Source of the DNA: an uncultured Thermotogae bacterium
GTDB lineage: Bacteria; Thermotogota; Thermotogae; MWEM01
Length of the DNA stretch: 64,000 bases
Reading direction: 5' to 3'
NCBI GenBank assembly: GCA_963667315.1
Contig: OY763325.1
Coordinates: 1,826,380-1,890,379, forward strand
Shown here: positions 9,226 through 19,612 of the stretch, piece after piece
Position numbering within the stretch: the first letter of the stretch is position 1
Layout of the letters: each line of letters begins with the position of its first letter
Program-made: the position numbers and the translations under genes
Notes under the pieces: model-generated
Databases searched by the model: none
Told to the model about the DNA's origin: nothing
What the model saw: only the letters and a program-made list of their open reading frames with translations

Positions 9226-10752
9226 GTGAAGAAATTCAGAATTATTGTACTAATCGTTGTTTTAACCATGCTCGCAGTCAGCATTTCGTTCGCAGCCAGA
9301 AATACGGTTCTCGTCGCCATGAAAGGAGAACCTTCCAAGCTCAATCCAATCACTTATCAGGACACAGAAACCGACCTCGTTCTCACAGCACTCAGCGACC
9401 CGCTCGTTGAACTGACCACAGGAGGAGATTACACGGCAGAAGGTGCCGTCATCGAAAGTTATACCGTTTCAGAAGATGGAAAGACCTATACCTTCAAGAT
9501 CAAAAAGGGAATTACCTTCCACAACGGCGAAGTCATGAATGCGGAAGATGTTAAATTCACCTACGAATCGTTCATGGATCCCGAACTGGGTTCCCCGCAT
9601 CACAAGTATTACAATGACATTGAATCCGTCAATCTTGTGGATGATTACACCCTGGAAATCAAGCTCACGGACAGAAACGTCGCATTCCTCACATCCGCAA
9701 GACTCAGAGGAAGAGTTCTTCCAAAAGACTACATTGAGGCAAACGGATGGGAAGGCTATGAACAGCATCCGATCGGAACCGGCCCATACGAATTCGTTGC
9801 ACATGTACCGGGACAGAAGATCGTACTCAAGAGAAACGAAAATTACTGGGATGACCAGGCAAACATCGAAAACCTTGAATTCAGATTCTTCCCTGAAATG
9901 ACATCAGCTGTCATGGCGCTTCAGGCAAGACAGATCGACTTTATCGCAGAAATCCCCGCCGATGAATACAATGCCCTTAAAGACATGCCGGGAATGGGCT
10001 CGGGAACATACGCAAAATTTGAAGATCACAGAATCTGTTTCAACAAGAGACCCGACAGCGTATTTGCCGATCCAAAGGTCAGACAGGCCGTGGCTTACGC
10101 CATTAACAGATATGAACTCATCGCCCTCACAAGAGGCGATCTCGCCGTTCCCGCACAGGGAAGAGTCCCCAATTTCCATGAGGCATTCGCCTACGATGCG
10201 CCGGCTTACGAGCAGGACCTGGAAAAGGCAAAACAGCTTCTCGCAGAAGCCGGTTATCCAAACGGTTTCAAGACACAGATCTACGCACCGTCCAGCTATC
10301 AGGAAAGAGTCCTTGAAGTCACACAGATCCAGAGACAGCTCTCCAAGATTGGAATCGACTGCGAAGTTGTAGCCCTGGAATGGGGAACATACCTTGACGT
10401 TACAGCAGAAGGCGAAGCCCCTATGTTCAGAGAAAGATGGGCTGCCACTTCCCCATCCCCATACAGTTTCGTTGAAAACTGGTGGACCGAGTCAAGCTGG
10501 AATGAAATCTTCGGTACCTATTCCAACCCGAAGGTTGATGAACTCGTTGCCAACATCAACAAAGAAACAGATGATGCAAAGAGATGGGAAATGTACCGGG
10601 AAGTTCAGAAGATCGCCATGGAAGACGTCGCCTGTTATCCGCTTTACTGGCCAATCGAAGGTGTTGTTTACAATGACGAAGTGAAGATTCCGGAATACCT
10701 CTTCAACATCTTCCTCAGACCGATTTACAACATCGACAAATGGAGCTTCTGA
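9226..10752 (+). CDS. Peptide ABC substrate-binding protein (SBP family 5, OppA/DppA)
   Basis: Signal peptide without lipobox Cys; YTFKIKKGITFHNG, PIGTGPYEF, VRQAVAYAINR, AKQLLAEAGYPNGF. Confidence 0.93.
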   Translation: MKKFRIIVLIVVLTMLAVSISFAARNTVLVAMKGEPSKLNPITYQDTETDLVLTALSDPLVELTTGGDYTAEGAVIESYTVSEDGKTYTFKIKKGITFHNGEVMNAEDVKFTYESFMDPELGSPHHKYYNDIESVNLVDDYTLEIKLTDRNVAFLTSARLRGRVLPKDYIEANGWEGYEQHPIGTGPYEFVAHVPGQKIVLKRNENYWDDQANIENLEFRFFPEMTSAVMALQARQIDFIAEIPADEYNALKDMPGMGSGTYAKFEDHRICFNKRPDSVFADPKVRQAVAYAINRYELIALTRGDLAVPAQGRVPNFHEAFAYDAPAYEQDLEKAKQLLAEAGYPNGFKTQIYAPSSYQERVLEVTQIQRQLSKIGIDCEVVALEWGTYLDVTAEGEAPMFRERWAATSPSPYSFVENWWTESSWNEIFGTYSNPKVDELVANINKETDDAKRWEMYREVQKIAMEDVACYPLYWPIEGVVYNDEVKIPEYLFNIFLRPIYNIDKWSF

Positions 10753-10785
10753 TTCAACCGCTTATGAACAGGGCATAAAGATACC

Positions 10786-10816
10786 GGGGCAGCTTTTTGA
10801 GCTGCTCCTTTTTTTT
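10786..10816 (+). terminator. Rho-independent terminator
   Basis: GGGGCAGCT-TTTTG-AGCTGCTCC followed by a T run. Confidence 0.8.
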
Positions 10817-10878
10817 CCTCACACTCCCAACAAAAAGGTATGGTATCATAACGATGTGTAATCAATAAGGAGGTCAAA

Positions 10879-12045
10879 ATGACAGATACAAAACTCGAAA
10901 TAAAACAGATTATAAAAGAACATCTCGAAGAACTTTTCGACATCACAAAGCAAATGTACGAGAATCCCGAACTCGGATTTGAAGAAGTCAAGGCAGCCGG
11001 CTGGCTGACCGAAAAACTGGAAAAAGAAGGATTTGACGTCAAACGGGGAATCGCCGGACTTGATACGGCTTTCAAGGCAACCTGTGATCTCGGTGGACAA
11101 GGACCGAATATCGCATTCCTCTGTGAATACGATGCCCTGCCAGGAATCGGACACGGTTGCGGTCATAATCTCATCGGCCCCTCAAGCCTCGGTGCCGCTA
11201 TTGCCCTCTCAAAGGCAAAGGGACTGAACGGAACGATTACCGTTCTGGGATGCCCGGCTGAAGAAACGGGTGGGGCAAAGGTCATCCTCGTTGAAAAAGG
11301 GGTCTTTGATGATATTGACCTTGCCATGATGGTGCATCCTTCCACACATGTACAGGTTTATACGACATCATATGCCATTGACGCAATTGAATTCACCTAT
11401 CACGGTCAAACGTCACATGCCGCTTCGGCTCCCGAACTTGGGATCAACGCACTTGATGCTGTTATTCAGCTCTTCAACGGGATCAACGCACTTCGACAGC
11501 ATCTGAAAGACGATGTCAGGATCCACGGAATCATCAACGAAGGGGGACAGGCCCCGAATGTCGTTCCCGATCTTGCCTCGGCAAGATTCTATTTCAGGGC
11601 AAAGGACAGAAAATATCTCAACGAGATGTTCCAGAAAATACTGAAGATCGCAGAAGGAGCTGCCCTTATGACGGGCGCCAAAATGGAATGGCGAAACTAC
11701 GAACTCTCCAACGACAATCTTGCACCGAACAAAAGACTCGCCGCCCTCTTTGAAGAAAACCTCATCGCTCAGGGAATCACGGACATCGAACCGCCACAGG
11801 ACGGAAAGGGCTCTACGGATATGGGAAATGTCAGCCATGTTGTCCCGGCTATTCACCCGTATCTCCCCCTTGCACCCAAAGATTCGGTTCGACCGCATTC
11901 TGTTGAGCTGGCAGATGCCACCGTTTCACCCGGCGGGAAGGAAGAACTGTACAAAGCAGCCCTCACACTTGCCTGTACAGGGTGCGATATTCTGACGAAT
12001 AACGATGTGTATCTTGAAATCATCCAGGAATTTAAAGACCGATAA
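10879..12045 (+). CDS. M20 family amidohydrolase (ACY1L2/AbgB-like)
   Basis: EYDALPGIGHGCGHNLIG, PAEETGG, HAASAPELGINALDA, GSTDMGNVS. Confidence 0.9.
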   Translation: MTDTKLEIKQIIKEHLEELFDITKQMYENPELGFEEVKAAGWLTEKLEKEGFDVKRGIAGLDTAFKATCDLGGQGPNIAFLCEYDALPGIGHGCGHNLIGPSSLGAAIALSKAKGLNGTITVLGCPAEETGGAKVILVEKGVFDDIDLAMMVHPSTHVQVYTTSYAIDAIEFTYHGQTSHAASAPELGINALDAVIQLFNGINALRQHLKDDVRIHGIINEGGQAPNVVPDLASARFYFRAKDRKYLNEMFQKILKIAEGAALMTGAKMEWRNYELSNDNLAPNKRLAALFEENLIAQGITDIEPPQDGKGSTDMGNVSHVVPAIHPYLPLAPKDSVRPHSVELADATVSPGGKEELYKAALTLACTGCDILTNNDVYLEIIQEFKDR

Positions 12046-12058
12046 CCGATAAACCCGC

Positions 12059-12092
12059 AAAGGCGGAGGGGATTCATCACTTCCGCCTTTTT
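12059..12092 (+). terminator. Rho-independent terminator
   Basis: AAAGGCGGAG...CTTCCGCCTTTTT hairpin after the amidohydrolase. Confidence 0.65.
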
Positions 12093-12321
12093 CACATGCT
12101 TCTGAAACACCTCTAACCTTTTGACTTCCGGGGTACCAATAACGCTCAAATATTTAACGCCATTTTAACTTAAAACCAACCATATTCTTTCCAGAATATT
12201 CGATTTATGAACTTTCTATGATATAATTCCTTTGTAACGCTTTCAAACAGAGTGATACAGATTATTATTAACTATATTATACGGTAAATAAAGCGTAAAA
12301 GGGAGCGAGAAACTTACAGGA

Positions 12322-13080
12322 ATGCAAAATCAAAAAAAGCCCCATCTGACATCAGAAGACACCGCACTTTATCTTAAATACCTTAACGGTGATACGTTAA
12401 CCCGTACAGAAAACATTAAAATCTCAGAGGTACAGGATCATCTCGCAGACTGTGAAAGGTGTATGGAAAAGGTACAAAAAGTATTCTCCGAACGATCCGG
12501 CATCGCTAAAAGGAGCCATTCGGGATTTCAAAGCGATACGCTGATAAAGATGCATCACCTTACCGACATCCTCTTGAAAATAAAAGAGACGAAAACAGCC
12601 CGAAGCGATCGAAAAATAATTGACCGTCTCCTCAGCCTGACACCCTCGTTTGTACAAAAAGGCCTGCTTGTCGAACTGGTTGACCCGTCATCAAACAATA
12701 TAAAAAGCAGTACGCTTTTACCGGATCAGGCTGCTTCCCCCTTTATATATGAAACGCTCAAGCGGAAAACAAGAGGGGATGAATCCCCCTTCAAGATAGA
12801 AAACCGCCTTAAAGTCATCACTTCCGAAAAGATCGCCCATCGAACGGAGGTCCGTCTGAACTGCGAAGCAAAAACCCTCTGTGTCTTCCTCAAAAAAATC
12901 GGTGGTGAATACCTGCCAAGGATTGCACTGCTCAATCTCGAAGAAGTGGAACCTGCCGCAGAAAATCTCCATTTGAAGACACCCGTATACAACGGGGAAA
13001 AGGGACAGTTTGAATGCTGCTTCACGGATCTGAAATACGGAAAATATTTCCTGTTTATAGAACCTGATTTTTTCGTTTAA
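12322..13080 (+). CDS. zf-HC2/ZAS-type anti-sigma-like protein with C-terminal 'X' domain
   Basis: HLTSEDTALYLKYL...DHLADCERC (HxxxCxxC); C-terminal KVITSEKIAHRTEV...PRIAL...FTDLKYGKYFLFIEP shared with 15632, 16258, 19613 and 30037. Confidence 0.7.
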   Translation: MQNQKKPHLTSEDTALYLKYLNGDTLTRTENIKISEVQDHLADCERCMEKVQKVFSERSGIAKRSHSGFQSDTLIKMHHLTDILLKIKETKTARSDRKIIDRLLSLTPSFVQKGLLVELVDPSSNNIKSSTLLPDQAASPFIYETLKRKTRGDESPFKIENRLKVITSEKIAHRTEVRLNCEAKTLCVFLKKIGGEYLPRIALLNLEEVEPAAENLHLKTPVYNGEKGQFECCFTDLKYGKYFLFIEPDFFV

Positions 13081-13108
13081 TCATTTTCAATCGTTAAAGG
13101 GTGTCCAG

Positions 13109-15514
13109 ATGATCGAAAAAAAAAGCATTGCTGAACAGATAAAAGAAGCGGAGAATTTGACGCATTATGAAAAACTGAATGAGGCCCTTGCCGTCTATGG
13201 ACAGATAGACATGAACGTGGCAACCGATATGGATAAGGCCGTCATCCTCAACAATAAAGGTGTCATTTACAAACGAAAAGGAGACTATCAGAAAGCGGAG
13301 GATTATTACAACCAGGCACTTGCATACCACCTGAAAAACAATCGCGAGCCGCTGGAAGAATATCTGCTGACACTCAACAACCTTGCCCTGAATAAAAGAC
13401 TTTTCGGAAATTATACCAAAAGCGAAAAGATCTATCATGAAATTCTTACGATGGCAGAGCAGCATTTCGGAAGAGAATCTGAAATGTATTACAACAAACT
13501 CAACAATCTCGGTGCCCTTTACATGAAAATGGGACAGTTTGGGAAGGCTGAAGAGTGCTTCTGCGCCAGAAACAACTTCTTGGAGAAAACCGGAGAAACG
13601 GGAACCCTCAAATATGCACTGGCATTGTTCAACCTCGCCACATTGTACAAAGTATGGCGCAACAAGACCGATACAGCCATCGAATTGTACAGGCAATCCA
13701 TCAAACTCATGCAGGCAAACCATTTCACCAAGCATACCCATTATTACAGGACACATATCAACCTCTGCTTCGTGCTGATGGAGCGCGATGAGTTAACCGA
13801 AGCACGACTCATCCTGGAAAGCTTTCTCGCAGACACGAAAACCGAACAGGAAGCGTCATCACTCGATCACGCAAAATTCCTGCTTGAATATGCCAAACTG
13901 ATGAAAAAAATGCTCAAAAACGAAGAGGCGTTGCGTTCTATCGACACTGCCATCGAGATCATCGAAAGGACCCTGACGAAAGATATTCTTTTTTACAGCG
14001 AACTTCTGTCTGTCAAGGCGACTATTCTGTCAAACTTGAAGCGCTACGACGAAGCCTATACCAATCTGCTTCAATCCGTTAAGATTCAAAACCGTCTCTT
14101 CATCGATACCGCTTTCGCTTATGGTGAGTCCGACGCACTTGAATTTCTGAGGGCCATCAACAACGAATATAATCTCTTGCTCGATCTCATCAGAAGACAT
14201 TTCAGAGAAGAGGCTCAAAAAGTACATGATGCCTATCTCGCCATCATCCTGAGAAAGACCATCATCCTGGAGATGACGATGATACAGAATCTTTTGCTGA
14301 ACCGTTCAGGCGACAACGGGAAAACAAACGAAAAAGATTACATTCACGGGGATATCAAAGAACGTCTGAAACAACGGGATTACACCGCCATCATCGCCAA
14401 TCTTGATGATGACAGTCTCTTTTTCGATATCTATCACCTGGATCAGATGGACAGATACATCCTTTTCATCATCTCATCAGACGAAACGATCAGGCTGATC
14501 GACCTGGGAAAAGCTTCCTCTTTGAACAAGATGGTTGAAAAGTACAGGGAAAGTCTGACACATATCGAAAAGGGATGCTATCATCAGCTCTTGTCTACCG
14601 ATCTTTACAGACGCTTCTTTTCGACACTTCAGGGAAAATTCCCACGAAAGATAATCATCTCAACGGCCAACGAACTCTCACATCTTCCCTTTGACACCAT
14701 CAAAACAACCGATAACCGGTATCTGATTGAAGAAACGGATATTCGATACATCTCGACGATAAAAGATTTCGAAGCGGGAAAGAGAGGGGTGAGTGAAAAT
14801 GAGAAAACATTTTCACTCATCACGAATCCCGATTTCGATTATCCATCTGAAACACCGCCAGACAACACAGACGACTTTTACAAAAGACTGCCGGGAAGTC
14901 GGGTGGAAGGGGAGACGATCTGTCAGATACTGGGCGACTGGGAAGGAAGTCTCATACTCAACGATGCGAAAGCGGTTGACGCCAATTTCAAAAGACTCAC
15001 CGCTTCTCATATCGTTCATATCGCCACACACGGTTTCTTTTCAAAGAATCCGTACAATACCAATCCATTGAAAGACAGCGGGTTGATCTTCGCCGGGATC
15101 AACGCCATAAACGCAAAGCTTTCCCTAACCGAGACGGAAAAAGCCGAAATAGAAGACGGAAAAATGACGGCTTATGACCTAACGTTTCTCGATCTGAAAG
15201 GCACTGAACTCATCGTTCTATCCGCCTGTGAAACGGGACTCGGAAAGTATATCAACGGAAACGGCGTTATAGGGTTGCAGCGAGCCATTCTCCTTTCCGG
15301 TGTCCGAAAGATGATCATGACGCTCTGGAAGAGCGATGATGACTCCGCCATCAGCCTGATGAAAACCTTTTACAACCGATACCGTACTACATTTGATGCC
15401 GAAGCTTCTCTCAGGGAGGCAAAACTTCAGATGATAAAAGAAAACAGACAGCGGTTCGGAAATGAGGTCCCCGCCCTCTGGGGTGGCTATGTCTGTTTAT
15501 CGAGAAGTTTCTGA
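13109..15514 (+). CDS. TPR-CHAT caspase-like protease (copy 1)
   Basis: TPR repeats (LNNKGVIYKRKGDYQKAEDYY, LNNLGALYMKMGQFGKAE); CHAT dyad motifs HIATHG and LSACETG; LWGGYV end. Confidence 0.92.
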   Translation: MIEKKSIAEQIKEAENLTHYEKLNEALAVYGQIDMNVATDMDKAVILNNKGVIYKRKGDYQKAEDYYNQALAYHLKNNREPLEEYLLTLNNLALNKRLFGNYTKSEKIYHEILTMAEQHFGRESEMYYNKLNNLGALYMKMGQFGKAEECFCARNNFLEKTGETGTLKYALALFNLATLYKVWRNKTDTAIELYRQSIKLMQANHFTKHTHYYRTHINLCFVLMERDELTEARLILESFLADTKTEQEASSLDHAKFLLEYAKLMKKMLKNEEALRSIDTAIEIIERTLTKDILFYSELLSVKATILSNLKRYDEAYTNLLQSVKIQNRLFIDTAFAYGESDALEFLRAINNEYNLLLDLIRRHFREEAQKVHDAYLAIILRKTIILEMTMIQNLLLNRSGDNGKTNEKDYIHGDIKERLKQRDYTAIIANLDDDSLFFDIYHLDQMDRYILFIISSDETIRLIDLGKASSLNKMVEKYRESLTHIEKGCYHQLLSTDLYRRFFSTLQGKFPRKIIISTANELSHLPFDTIKTTDNRYLIEETDIRYISTIKDFEAGKRGVSENEKTFSLITNPDFDYPSETPPDNTDDFYKRLPGSRVEGETICQILGDWEGSLILNDAKAVDANFKRLTASHIVHIATHGFFSKNPYNTNPLKDSGLIFAGINAINAKLSLTETEKAEIEDGKMTAYDLTFLDLKGTELIVLSACETGLGKYINGNGVIGLQRAILLSGVRKMIMTLWKSDDDSAISLMKTFYNRYRTTFDAEASLREAKLQMIKENRQRFGNEVPALWGGYVCLSRSF

Positions 15515-15553
15515 AACACCGCTTCTCATTTCTGATAAATTTATGACATGATA

Positions 15554-15562
15554 TGTTATAAT
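15554..15562 (+). promoter_or_regulatory. Extended -10 element upstream of stand-alone X-domain gene 1
   Basis: TGTTATAAT; the same element is at 19571 before X gene 2, and TGATATAAT is at 12219 before the first island gene. Confidence 0.45.
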
Positions 15563-15631
15563 TATAAACGCGAGACAACTCATTTGAGAAACTGCAATTC
15601 GAAAAAAGACAAAAACAGCAAAGGAAGAACG

Positions 15632-16123
15632 ATGATTGAACAGGCGAAAGACAAGATGACACTTTCAGATTTTAATCCAAATGACCATTTAAACGATGTC
15701 AATACCCTTGTTATCCATATGAAATCCAAAAAGACAGGGGCAAGGATGCTAAGCGGGATAGACATGACATCACCGGATTCCGTGTTTGAATACGCCGTCA
15801 TTTCCCATAACACGAGAAGCGATGGCACTGAACAAAAGGTACAATCACTGATGAAAGTCATCACGTCCAAACGAATCGCCCATCGAACGGAAGTCATCCT
15901 TCTCGAAGATGAGCAGAAGATTATCGTCAGGATGAAAAAAGAACAATACGAAAGATTCCCGAGAATCGCCCTGATCCGGACGGATATCCCGTCGGAAGTC
16001 ATCGAAAGGGTCCAGACACAGGATCCGGATTACAAGGATTTCGGAGATGTTTTCGAATACGTCTTCGAAAACGTTGAACAGGGAAGTTATTACCTCTTCA
16101 TAGAACCGCTTTTTCTGCTTTGA
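15632..16123 (+). CDS. Stand-alone X-domain protein 1 (no zinc finger)
   Basis: KVITSKRIAHRTEV...PRIALIRTD...VEQGSYYLFIEP; paralog of 19613; start ATG 15632 after AGGAAG. Confidence 0.75.
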   Translation: MIEQAKDKMTLSDFNPNDHLNDVNTLVIHMKSKKTGARMLSGIDMTSPDSVFEYAVISHNTRSDGTEQKVQSLMKVITSKRIAHRTEVILLEDEQKIIVRMKKEQYERFPRIALIRTDIPSEVIERVQTQDPDYKDFGDVFEYVFENVEQGSYYLFIEPLFLL

Positions 16124-16257
16124 AAACGCTCCAAATACCTCTGATTGGATGCTGAAAAGATGAGAACCATGTTACAATCAAAGGCCTGAGGAACGGAAAA
16201 TCTCGTTCGCTTCGAATGCACCTATTATCGCATGAAGGTATTAAAATTGAGCCAAGG

Positions 16258-17004
16258 ATGGAAACTGTGCCGGAAAGACATTTAACAGACAAAAAGATAA
16301 CATACTATATCAGATATCTCTCGGAAACCGCAGGAGATTCTTTTGATACGAAAACGATTGAAGAAATTCAGACTCATCTTAACGATTGTGATCGCTGTAT
16401 GGAAAGAGTTCACAACAGATATGAGATGGCAGCAAAGGCAGAGAATACAAATTTCAGCGGCGACGTCGAAGAAGAACGTGCAAAAATTTTCGAAACGGCA
16501 AAAAAACTGAAAGAGCTTTCACTTTCGGAAACGGAAATGTCCATGATAGACAGCATCCTTGAAAACGGAGATGATCTGGATGACAACGCCGTGCATGTCC
16601 GCTTTAAAACCTTCCCGCTCGCCGACCGGCTGTACAGCCGACTCGGTATCCTGAAATATTCCGAACTGTTTGAATATGAAAAAATGTGCGACTGGTCACG
16701 TGGTGACGGCAAAAGCCCTGTCGAGGACAATTTCATGAAAGTCATCACATCCGAAGAGGTCAAAAACACCATGGAAATCGAACTCAACGAAACGGAAAGA
16801 AGCCTGAGTGTCAGACTCATCAACGAAGAACAGGACTTCGCCCCGAGAATTGCCATGCTCAGGATCGATGATCAATACGGCAAAGACAATCTGAGAATTG
16901 CCGATGTACTCTACGACGGCATGACCAACAGCTTTGAATTTAAATTCGAAGACCTTGAACGGGGAAATTATTTCGTCTTTATAGAACCAAATTTTCAGGT
17001 TTAA
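16258..17004 (+). CDS. zf-HC2/ZAS-type anti-sigma-like protein with X domain (copy 2)
   Basis: HLTDKKITYYIRYL...THLNDCDRC; C-terminal KVITSEEV...PRIAML...FEDLERGNYFVFIEP. Confidence 0.72.
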   Translation: METVPERHLTDKKITYYIRYLSETAGDSFDTKTIEEIQTHLNDCDRCMERVHNRYEMAAKAENTNFSGDVEEERAKIFETAKKLKELSLSETEMSMIDSILENGDDLDDNAVHVRFKTFPLADRLYSRLGILKYSELFEYEKMCDWSRGDGKSPVEDNFMKVITSEEVKNTMEIELNETERSLSVRLINEEQDFAPRIAMLRIDDQYGKDNLRIADVLYDGMTNSFEFKFEDLERGNYFVFIEPNFQV

Positions 17005-17087
17005 AAACAAAAACATCAAATGGGGCAGTGAAGATGACTGTCCCTTTTTTATATCTATATTATTGTTATCCCGGGGAGTGGTTGACG

Positions 17088-19508
17088 TTGGAAAATACCT
17101 ATATTGATGAGCAGATAAAGAAAGGAGAAACGCTAATCCATGATGATAAACTGGATGAAGCCCTGTCTTTATTTGAGATGATCGATAAACGTTCCGCAAG
17201 TGAGGTACAAAAGGCTGTTATATCGAATGATGTGGGTGTGATTTATAAGCGAAAAGGATTGTATAAGGAAGCGGAAAAAAAGTATCAATATGCGATAGAT
17301 GTGTATGAAAGAAATAATTGTGAGCCTGTTGATGAGTATATTCTTTCTTTGAATAATATTTCAGTTTTAAGAACAATATCAGGAGATTACATAAATGCAT
17401 TGAAAAGTTTCAATTTCCTCAAAACTCTGACTGAGAAAATGCTCGGAAAAGAAACAACAACATATTCTATCAGAATAAACAATATTGCTTCATGTTACTT
17501 AAGGTTGGGATATTATGAAAAAGCAGAACTATTATTTTTAGAATCGAAGGAAATAAGAGAAAAGATCTCAGGAAAAGAATCTAAACTATTTGTACAAAGT
17601 ATAGTAAACCTTGCAAACTTATACAACAAATGGGGCAAAACTGATATTGCTGTTTCTTATTATCTTGAAACAATCCAATTAATGGAATCAATCAATTTCA
17701 TAAATAATCCTCATTACAACAAAGCGTTAATAAATCTCTGTATTCTCCTAATAGAAAAAGGGAATTATGATGAAGCCAAGAGACTTCTTACCATTCAGTT
17801 TGAACACTTGAATCAATCAAAAAAACAACATACAATTGATTATGCACTCTTTCTCATGGAATATTCGAAACTCCTTAAAGAACTCAAAGAGTTTGGCTCA
17901 TCAAAACAAGCCATCAATGAAGCGTTAAAAATCGTAGAACAACAAGCGGGAAAGAAAAACCTTCAATATACCGAGATGCTTTCAACAAAGGCAAGTTTGA
18001 TGATTGAATTGAAGGAATACGATACAGCTTATGATTTACTCCTTAAAGCAGTCAGACTTCAGAATGAAATCTTTGTGAACTTTTCCTTCGGACAGAGCGA
18101 AAGTGATGCCCTTGAATTCCTTCGATGCATCAACAACGAATACAATCTGCTATTGTCAACCGTTTTGAACTATTTCAAAGACGATTCTGACAAGGTGCGG
18201 GAAACCTATCTGAACATCCTCCTGAGAAAGACCATCATCCTTGAGATGACGATGGTTCAGAACCTTCGACTCGGCAGGTATAAAGATTCAGAAGAAAACG
18301 GCGAAGGGTATATATATGAAGAGATGATCAAAAGACTCGGTGATACGGATTATGGGGAAATCCTCGGTCGTTTAAGGGAAAACAATGTCTTTCTGGATAT
18401 CTTTCATCTGGCACAAACGGACAGATACGTCATGTTCGTCCTTTCAAAGGACAAACCCGTCAGACTCATAGATCTGGGCAAAGCCTCTCAGCTGAACATT
18501 ACCCTCTCAAAATACCGTGACAGTCTGACGAACACCGAACAAAGGAAGTATCATCGTCTGTTGTCTGCCGACCTGTATCGCAGATTCTTCGGATTCCTCA
18601 ACGGGACCCTACCGGAAAAGCTCATCATCTCAACGGCAAATGAGATTTCACAGCTTCCCTTTGAAACGATCATCACGCCCGATCAATCCTATCTCATCGA
18701 AAAGACGATGATTCAGTATATCTCCACCCTGAAGGATTTTGAAGAGGAAACTCATACAAAGCTGCCAAAGACACTGTCATTAATTACCAATCCCAATTTC
18801 GATTATCCTTTAAATAACGAAACAAGCTCCTTTCAGAAAAGCACAGCAGATGCGGAAGAAGAAAAACAAATCTATAAAGAGCTCCCCGGCAGCTTCAAAG
18901 AAGATGAGATAATTAAAGCAATACTCAACGACTGGAACATCATCGAAAGACTTAAGGGAGACAATGCAACGGATTCAAAAGCTAAGAAGATAACAGGTGC
19001 TCGTATCATCCATATCGTCACCCACGGCTTTTTCAGAGATAATCCGTACAATACCAATCCTCTGAAGGACAATGGTGTTGTCCTTGCGGGTATCAATTCG
19101 CTTATCAGGGGGATAGAACTCAGTGAAGAGGAAGCAAAAAATATAGAAGACGCCGAACTGAGCGCTTACGATATGACCTTCATGAATCTGAAAGACACGG
19201 AACTCGTTGTTCTCTCCACCTGTGAAAGCGGACTTGGAAAAGTCGTTACAGGAAATGGCGTCATAGGATTGCAGAGAGCTGTGCTTGTTTCAGGTGCAAG
19301 GAAGATGATTATGACACTCTGGAACGTCTCCGACGCCTCAAGCCTGGAATTGATGAAACAATTTTACCGCCGTTACTCTGAATCATTTGATGTGGAAACA
19401 TCCCTCAGAGAGGCAAAACTGGCAATCATCAGAAAGAACAGAAAACAGTACGGGAATGATACACCTAGCCTCTGGGGCGGCTTTGTTTGTCTTGGGAGGA
19501 GTTTTTGA
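17088..19508 (+). CDS. TPR-CHAT caspase-like protease (copy 2)
   Basis: TTG start (LENTYIDEQ matches MENPYIQEQ of copies 3 and 4) after GGGGAG; TPRs; HIVTHG and LSTCESG motifs. Confidence 0.92.
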   Translation: MENTYIDEQIKKGETLIHDDKLDEALSLFEMIDKRSASEVQKAVISNDVGVIYKRKGLYKEAEKKYQYAIDVYERNNCEPVDEYILSLNNISVLRTISGDYINALKSFNFLKTLTEKMLGKETTTYSIRINNIASCYLRLGYYEKAELLFLESKEIREKISGKESKLFVQSIVNLANLYNKWGKTDIAVSYYLETIQLMESINFINNPHYNKALINLCILLIEKGNYDEAKRLLTIQFEHLNQSKKQHTIDYALFLMEYSKLLKELKEFGSSKQAINEALKIVEQQAGKKNLQYTEMLSTKASLMIELKEYDTAYDLLLKAVRLQNEIFVNFSFGQSESDALEFLRCINNEYNLLLSTVLNYFKDDSDKVRETYLNILLRKTIILEMTMVQNLRLGRYKDSEENGEGYIYEEMIKRLGDTDYGEILGRLRENNVFLDIFHLAQTDRYVMFVLSKDKPVRLIDLGKASQLNITLSKYRDSLTNTEQRKYHRLLSADLYRRFFGFLNGTLPEKLIISTANEISQLPFETIITPDQSYLIEKTMIQYISTLKDFEEETHTKLPKTLSLITNPNFDYPLNNETSSFQKSTADAEEEKQIYKELPGSFKEDEIIKAILNDWNIIERLKGDNATDSKAKKITGARIIHIVTHGFFRDNPYNTNPLKDNGVVLAGINSLIRGIELSEEEAKNIEDAELSAYDMTFMNLKDTELVVLSTCESGLGKVVTGNGVIGLQRAVLVSGARKMIMTLWNVSDASSLELMKQFYRRYSESFDVETSLREAKLAIIRKNRKQYGNDTPSLWGGFVCLGRSF

Positions 19509-19612
19509 ACTCGAAACAATTCCTTGATAACTGACTCCTTATTCATTTTCAGCATTTTTGTTACAATTTATGTTATAATCGTGTAAGTTGTGCACCTATA
19601 TAATCTACAGAA

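Noticed and set aside
11439-11492. Repeated GGGATCAACGCACTT inside the amidohydrolase
   Set aside because: It encodes the GINAL...GINAL pattern usual in this M20 subfamily; not a mobile or regulatory repeat.
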